DNA of 64,000 nt from Dictyostelium discoideum. Lineage: Eukaryota. The position numbers were made by a program, and so were the translations under genes. The notes beneath the pieces were generated by a model. It saw only the letters and a list, made by a program, of their open reading frames with translations, did not search any database and had not been told where the DNA came from. Location: assembly GCA_000004695.1 (NCBI GenBank), contig CM000153.2, positions 3,712,001 to 3,776,000 on the forward strand, given 5' to 3'. This document shows, in pieces, positions 57,108 through 64,000 of this stretch. Each line of letters starts with the position of its first letter. Position 1 is the first letter of the stretch.

Positions 57108-58416
57108 GAAAAAGAAAGAGAAAAACAAAAAGAAAAAGAAAAAGAAAAAGAAAAAGAAAAAGAAAAAGAAGATTTACAAATTTATCAACCTCAATTAATT
57201 TTAGATTGTTTATTACAAATTATTAATGGTAATAATCAAGTTTTGAATAGAGTTGTTTGTTTTAATGAAAAAGATACAGTATCTAGTATTTTAGTGAATT
57301 CACTTTATAAATTTTTAATTTACTTTATTGAACAATATGAAAGTTTTGGATATAGACATTTTAAAGATATAGTACAATGGTATGATAGTGCTAATCATAA
57401 GGATGAAAAATTCATTGAGTTTGCTTACTTTAGAAAATTATTTTCATTAATTAATACACCAACTCTATTATCAAATAATCCAACCTATTATGAATCGGTT
57501 GCAAAATTATTAAATCAAGTTTCAATTTTAAATATCTTTCATATTAGTAATCGTCATCAAGTTGATTATCTTTCAAACACTGTTGCAAATAGTTTTTATT
57601 TATACCTTTCAGCATCAAAGAATAATAATCAAAATAATCAAAATAATCAAATTAAACAAGAAATTATATTGAATGGTATTTATAAATGTTTAACATCAAT
57701 AATTAAAATTAGTAATACATTAATTGGTAATAAATTAAAGGATATAATTTTACCACATATTTGGTCAAATAACATATCAACATCAACAACAACAACAACA
57801 AAAAATACTAAAAATGGTGATTATGATGATGATAATGAATCATTATTATTTAATAATGGAAGATGTGAATTTTTAAAATCAACATTTGATAGTTATTTTG
57901 AAATTCGTCAAATGGATACACTTTTAACAATGGTTTTCCAATCTATTATTAGTGTACGTTCATTTGGTAGTGATAGTAAATTTTCAATTAATCAAGATTT
58001 CTTAAAGCATATTTCAAAATTATTCTCAAATTTACCATTTGGTCAAGTACCAATCATTTGGAGTTTATTTTTAGAAGAATGGCAAGGTTATTATATTACT
58101 CAATTAAATGAATCAAATAATAAAAGTTTAGGTGATGATAATGACCAAAGTATGTTGGACCCAATGTTTTCATATCGTTTAGAATACTTTATTAAACTTT
58201 GGTCAACTTTTCTTGATGGTATTACAATTTCATCATTTGTTTATAAAATGATTTTACAATTATTGCCAAATACTTTTCAATCAATTGTTGATCCAATTTT
58301 AAATGAAATTTATAAATCTTCTTCTGCTTCTTCTTCTTCTTCTTCCTCTTCGAGAAAATCTTCAAAATCATCTTCAAAATCATCTTCCTCAAAATCATCT
58401 TCTTCGAAATCAAATG

Positions 58417-58476
<60 letters not shown>

Positions 58477-61400
58477 GTATTATAAATTTATTAAAATTAT
58501 ATTCAAGTTTTCTTCAAGTTCATTCGTTTATACATCGTCAAACAATTATAAGTGGTAAAAGTGGTGAAAATGAATTTGGTTATCATCCTCAACAATTTTA
58601 TTATTATCAATTATGTGAAAAAGAATTAGAATTTAGTAAAGTTATTGAGTATTTAATTAATAATAATAATTTTGAAAATAATTATTCAAATAAATTAATA
58701 GCATCAAAATTATTAATTCAAAGAGTTCAACAACTTCATTCAATTTTATCATCAGTTTCAATTGCAAATTATAAAAGAAATATTAATAATAATAATATTA
58801 GTAGTAATAATAATAATTATAATTATATTAATCAAAAATCAAATAATAGTAAAAATATTGAAAATGATAAAATTAAATATATTTCATCATATTCAAATCA
58901 ACAATATTCACCAAAAGATATTGAATATGAATTAATTGATATAGTATATTATTTATTAAACAATTTCATTAAATTAATAAATGATAATAATCTTTTATTT
59001 AAAAAGTTCAATACTTTAAAACAACAACAAATTCAAGATAAATTAGAACAACAGGATAACAATAATAAAGATGAAGAAAATGAAGATAAAGAAAAAAAAT
59101 TAAATTTATTAATTTATCAAAGTAAATTATTAATTGATAATATTAGTACATGGTGTGAATATTCAACAATTGAAAATATTCAAAATATTTTAAAATTCAT
59201 TATTTCACCGCCAATTGAAATTAATAATGATGATAATAATAATAATTGTAAATTAAAAACAACCAACTCAATAACAACAACATCAATTTATAAAGAATTT
59301 CAAAAATTATTATCAAATCCATTATTTTTTGAATTAAAAGTTTTTCAAAATAATTTTCCAATTGTGTTATGTCAAATGGAACGTGATATAATTACTAAAG
59401 AATTAATTAAATCAAATAAATTATTTGAAAAAGTTACAGAAATATTTAATGATGTTCAAGAAAGATTAATTAATAGTGGTAGTCTAACACCATCAAATAC
59501 ATCCTATGCTGAAATTATTATTGAAATTCAAGAATGTTTTTCAAAGAAAATTACATTAAAAGATTTTAATTTATCTGATACTTCAAAATGGGAAAGATTA
59601 ACATGGTTAGTTTCATTGGCACCAAGTTTTCATCCACTTTATATTCCAATTGAATTAATTGGACCATTAGTATTATCATCAATTGCAATTAATCATATTG
59701 GTGTTTTATTATTAAAACAAATTCAAGATACTTCAACCATTGATAATAATAATAATGAAAAAGATTTAGATTATATTTATAAATTAATTTTATCATCAAG
59801 AAGATTTATTAAATTTTGTTTTGAAAAGGATCAATCAAGATTAGTTCAAATTATACCAATGAATGTTTGGATTGATTTAATTTTTAGTTCTAGAATGTTT
59901 GAATCAATTGATACAAAATATCCAATTTTATTTACAAGTTTAGAAATTCAACATCATTATAATACTGAACTTTGGAAGCATTCACCAATGGAATTAAAAA
60001 AATTATCTGATAAAATTTTAAATAAAAAATCAAATAATAACAATAATAATTCTGCAGCAGCAACAACAACAACAACAACAACAATAACAACTTCACCAAA
60101 AATTATTTCAACAAATTTAGATTTTAATACAATTAAACCTTATTTAATTGCTGGTATTTTAAAATCAATTTCAACAACAAATTCAAATAATCAAATGTTA
60201 TCAGATATTTTACCACCAGATCTTCAATCAATTATAAAGAGTGTTGAACCAGATATTTCAATATTTTATGAGAAAATGTTTAATCATTGTTCAAGTAATC
60301 CAACATTTAATAATATTGCACCATTCTTTAATGAATATCAAGCTGAATTCTCTTTATTGGTTTATCATCTTTGGTATCAATTATATTTCAATGCAATTGA
60401 TAACGAATCATTATCAAAATTATTAATAACTGTTTCATTCTCTGGTGTATTTATTTCTGGTTTATCAAGTAAAGGTAGTGGTTTAATTACTTCTGTTGAT
60501 AAATATTCTTTAATTCTTCAAAATTCAATTATATCATTATTAGATTTATTCTCACGTTGGTATAGTAAAATACCTGCAAATCAAAGTCAAACAAGCTCAT
60601 CATCATCGTCATCATCGCCAATGATGATTGATTCATTGCATGCATTATCATTACTTTCAAAAATGTTATCTTTATATCCAGAGGATTCTAAACTTTATAA
60701 ATCAATTTCAGCTGCAATTATTCAATTCTTCCAATTAAATAATCAATTAGGTTACCTTTTAAATTCAATTACTACAACTATGGAATCATCATCAACTTTA
60801 TCATCGTCATCAACTAATTCAATTGCAATTCAATCTCAATCATTTAATTTACTTGGTTATTTTATTAGTTCAATCATTGGTACAAAACGTATTAATTTAT
60901 TAAAGAATCCAATTAAATTAGTTACTGCAATTGTAAACATTTTAAATCAAACAAACTCTGAATCATTAATTGTATCAGGTATTAATTTACTTTGTAAATT
61001 AATGAGTGTCAATGTTATTGATGTTCATGGTGAATCTATTCCAATCATTTTAAGTGTAATGAGTTTCTTTTCAAGTCCATTCATTTATTCAACACCAGTT
61101 AGAAGTATTGCAAGTTTTAGTACTGAAATCATTCCAAATTGTCCAATGTCATTATTTATTAAAGAGAAATTATCTGCTGATAATAATATCAATAATTTCA
61201 GCAGCAGCGGCAGTAATGGTTTGAAATTTAATAACATCACACCTTTAATTTTAAATTCACTCTATAAATTACTTTATATTATTCTTAAATTTAGAAATAA
61301 TGAATTAACAAAATATTTACCATCTTTTGTTTCTTCTTTAAGATGTACGTATTAAATTATTTTTATAGTTTTATTATTATTCAGTTGCAAAAAAAAAAAA

Positions 61401-61623
61401 ACTATTAAAATATTAACTAACTTTTTTTTTTATAGTTTTATTATACTCAGTTGCAAACGAAACAAATAAATTAGGTAATGAAAAATCAATTAAAAAAGTT
61501 GGTAGATTATTAGAATTATTTAGTTTAAGTAAAAATTGTGATCAATATTTCCAATATTTAATTGTGGATTATGTTCAATTAATTAGATATTCAACAACTG
61601 CAATCAACAATGCAAATAATAAC

Positions 61624-61673
<50 letters not shown>

Positions 61674-61887
61674 TAATAATAATAATAGCAATAAGAGACA
61701 ATATGTTGGTCCACAATATCATCTATCAACCGAAATGAGAAATTTACTTTTGCCTGGTGTGTTCTCTTTAATTCAACAAACAAATAATAGTAGTAAAGAA
61801 TTATTTAATGCTTTGGAAGATACAGGAAAAGGAATTTTCCAAAATATTATTTCTCAATATCAATCATATAAATATACTGGAAAATAA
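55530..61887 (+). CDS. Very large (~2049 aa) low-complexity protein, possibly an Urb2/Npa2-type nucleolar ribosome-biogenesis protein, 3 exons
   Basis: The exons are 55530..55902, 56020..61344 and 61436..61887. The donors are GTAATT and GTACGT, with TTTTATAG acceptors. Both introns are phase 1. It has long N/S/Q/K-E repeat regions. The C-terminal ..EMRNLLLPGVFSLIQQTNNSSKELFNALEDTGKGIFQNIISQYQSYKYTGK loosely matches my recollection of the Urb2 C-terminal domain. The family assignment is tentative. Confidence 0.65.
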
Positions 61888-62332
61888 ACAATTTTATTTA
61901 GGGATTCAGAATACTCTTTTTTTTTTCATTTTAATATATTTTTTTTTTTTAAACTTAATTTTTTATTAAATATTTAATATTTTAATTTTAATTTGTTTTG
62001 TTTTATTCTTCTTCGTTGTACACAGGGTCACAGGTTTCCCGCCATTTTTTGAAAATGGGGTCTATCCCTTTAAAATAAAAAACAATATGCTAAAAATTTA
62101 TCTCTTTTTATATCCAATGTTGAATTAATATTATCGACGCATGTCAAACTCTACATTATCAAAGATATCAACCAATGGATTACAGAGGTTGACCATCCTC
62201 ACCAATTGCAGTGGGTGTAATTGGAGCCGTGTTATCTAATGAATTTGGTGTGTAGTATTTTAGTCTCCAATTTATTTTGAAACTGTGAAAGTTTCCTGTT
62301 GTTATTGTTGCTGTTGCTCTTTCTGTTTTTGA

Positions 62333-62370
<38 letters not shown>

Positions 62371-63166
62371 AGTATCTTGGTAATATAGGTATTTGTGGTG
62401 GTGTTTCTAATGTTGTATTTGTTAGTGTTGTTTGAACATTTCGATATTGATAGTATTTTAACCATGTTGGTTTGTTGGGTGTTAAAGCAGAAAAAAAATT
62501 AAGATGGTAAAAGAAACATTAACTCAAACCACAATTTTTAAAAAAGGATTTAATGCACTTTTCCAAAATAGTGTTTGAATTGATTACCATAGAATTCCAA
62601 CACGTAAAACACATTCAACAAAGAGAGAGACTAGAATTGCAGAAGCATTAGGAAGAGGTAATTTCATTAGTGCTAAGGACAATCGCTAGATAACATAATT
62701 TTATACGCATAAAATGTTTTTTAAAAAAAAAAAAAATTAAAAAAATAAATTAAAAAAAAAAAAATAAACGGTGTTCTCTTTTTAATAAATATGCATTTTC
62801 TGTTTGTTCTTGTTTATTTTAAATAAAGTTATAAATAAAATTTTTAATTAAATTAAAGAAAAAAAAAAAAAAAACAGAATGGTTGCATTCATTTTTTTTA
62901 CTTTATATCATTTTGTGTATTTTTGAGAGCTCTATTTTACAAACTAAATTCATACTAAAAATAAATAAAATTAAATCGTTCTTAAAAAAAAAAACCAAAA
63001 AGAAAAAATAAATAAAAAAAAACATTAGAGAATATGGATAATAAAGGGGGGAATATAGTATAAAATTTTTAAATAATTAATTAATTTTTTTTTTTCCTTT
63101 TTTTTTTTAATAATAATAATTTTATTACTATTTATTTTTTTTTTCAAAATAAAAAATTTAATCCTT

Positions 63167-63204
<38 letters not shown>

Positions 63205-63455
63205 AAAAGGAAACAATAAATTAAAAAAAACAAATAAAATAAAGTAATAAATAATAAAAAAAAATAATCACAAAAAAAAAAAATGATCAAAAAAAAAAAA
63301 TATTCATAAAAAAAACGAATACTGTTCCGGCTCGTTTTTTTAAAAAAAAAAAATTGGCAAAAAATTTTTTCAATTTTTTTTTTTCAGTTGACGACCTCTC
63401 AAAATCAATTAAAATTTTTTTAGTTTTGTTTTGTTGAATCCTTAATACATTCAGA

Positions 63456-64000
63456 ATGGTGCGTATGCTATGACAGATTTTTTATATCACTATAATTATA
63501 TAATAATACATAAATAATTAGAATATATATTTAGATCAATAATTCAATGATTGTTATAAAGATTGACAAAGATTGATAATAATTGATGATAGATTATTGA
63601 TTGAGATAAAAATTTAGATATTGGATATAGGATACAACATAAAACATCATCATCATCATCCATCAATATCATCAACAATTATGATAATAAATAATATAAT
63701 AAAATGAAGTTATGAGAATAGGATACTAATAGAAATAATTACAAAATAATTTTAAATAATTAGCCTATCCACGAATTCCAAGTTGTTGGTCGTCACGTTC
63801 CAACTGAAAGAGATGCAAACCCAAAAATCTACAGAATGAGACTCTTTGCTCAAACCTCAATCCACGCTAAGAGCCGTTTCTGGTATTTCTTATCAAAGAT
63901 TGTTAAGATGAAGAAATCCACTGGTGAAATCCTCAACGTCACTGAAATCTTTGAAGATAAACCACAAAAAGTTAAGAACTTTGGTGTATTCATCAGATAC
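63456..64000 (+). CDS. rpl18a: 60S ribosomal protein eL20 (L18a), 5' part, running off the window. The first exon is only the ATG
   Basis: ATG (63456..63458) is followed by GTGCGT. A TTAG acceptor at 63763 is followed by [79 protein letters not shown]. This is collinear with human RPL18A ([70 protein letters not shown]). Confidence 0.8.

Noticed and set aside
62232-62465. ORF 62232..62465 (-) MVKILSISKCSNNTNKYNIRNTTTN..SNSNSNSNS..
   Set aside because: It is mostly a translation of the (GTT/GCT)n repeat complement. It is kept only as context for the unassigned region finding and is not called as a gene.

Overview
This window is AT-rich (roughly 75-80% A+T) eukaryotic nuclear DNA with the hallmarks of Dictyostelium discoideum or a close dictyostelid. 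Those hallmarks are long CAA/CAG poly-Gln and AAT poly-Asn tracts inside ORFs, very AT-rich intergenic and intron sequence, short introns with GTAAGT/GTATGT...AG borders, an FNIP-repeat gene, and tRNA-gene-associated non-LTR (TRE-type) retroelements. It is not a prokaryotic defence or accessory island, and I found no operon-like 'system'. I could support about 22 protein-coding genes, most of them spliced. Intron positions were reconstructed by eye from reading-frame continuity and homology. There is also one intron-containing tRNA gene flanked by two retroelement fragments, one of which carries a 100-N assembly gap, and many microsatellites. Recognisable products are a BAR-domain protein, a gamma-tubulin-complex (GCP/Spc97-98 family) protein, DNA primase small subunit, roadblock/LC7 dynein light chain, a Lung-7TM (GPR107/TMEM87-like) protein, a DH-PH RhoGEF, a BTB(KCTD)-TLDc protein, an FNIP-repeat protein, a Pro-rich WH2-like protein, a RING-finger protein, Mog1/RANGRF, a second KCTD BTB protein, HEATR1/UTP10, a PH-domain protein, glutamine-dependent NAD synthetase, a GNAT-like protein, a ~2050-aa low-complexity nucleolar-type protein, and the 5' part of ribosomal protein eL20 (L18a). 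The observations most worth follow-up are a voltage-sensor-like 6-TM domain fused N-terminal to the DH-PH RhoGEF, a pair of tiny two-exon paralogous genes that share a 13-nt first exon, a dispersed, conserved 80-bp element present twice about 27 kb apart, and several genes whose first exon is only the ATG. All coordinates come from manual reading. Splice sites in particular should be checked against cDNA or RNA-seq.
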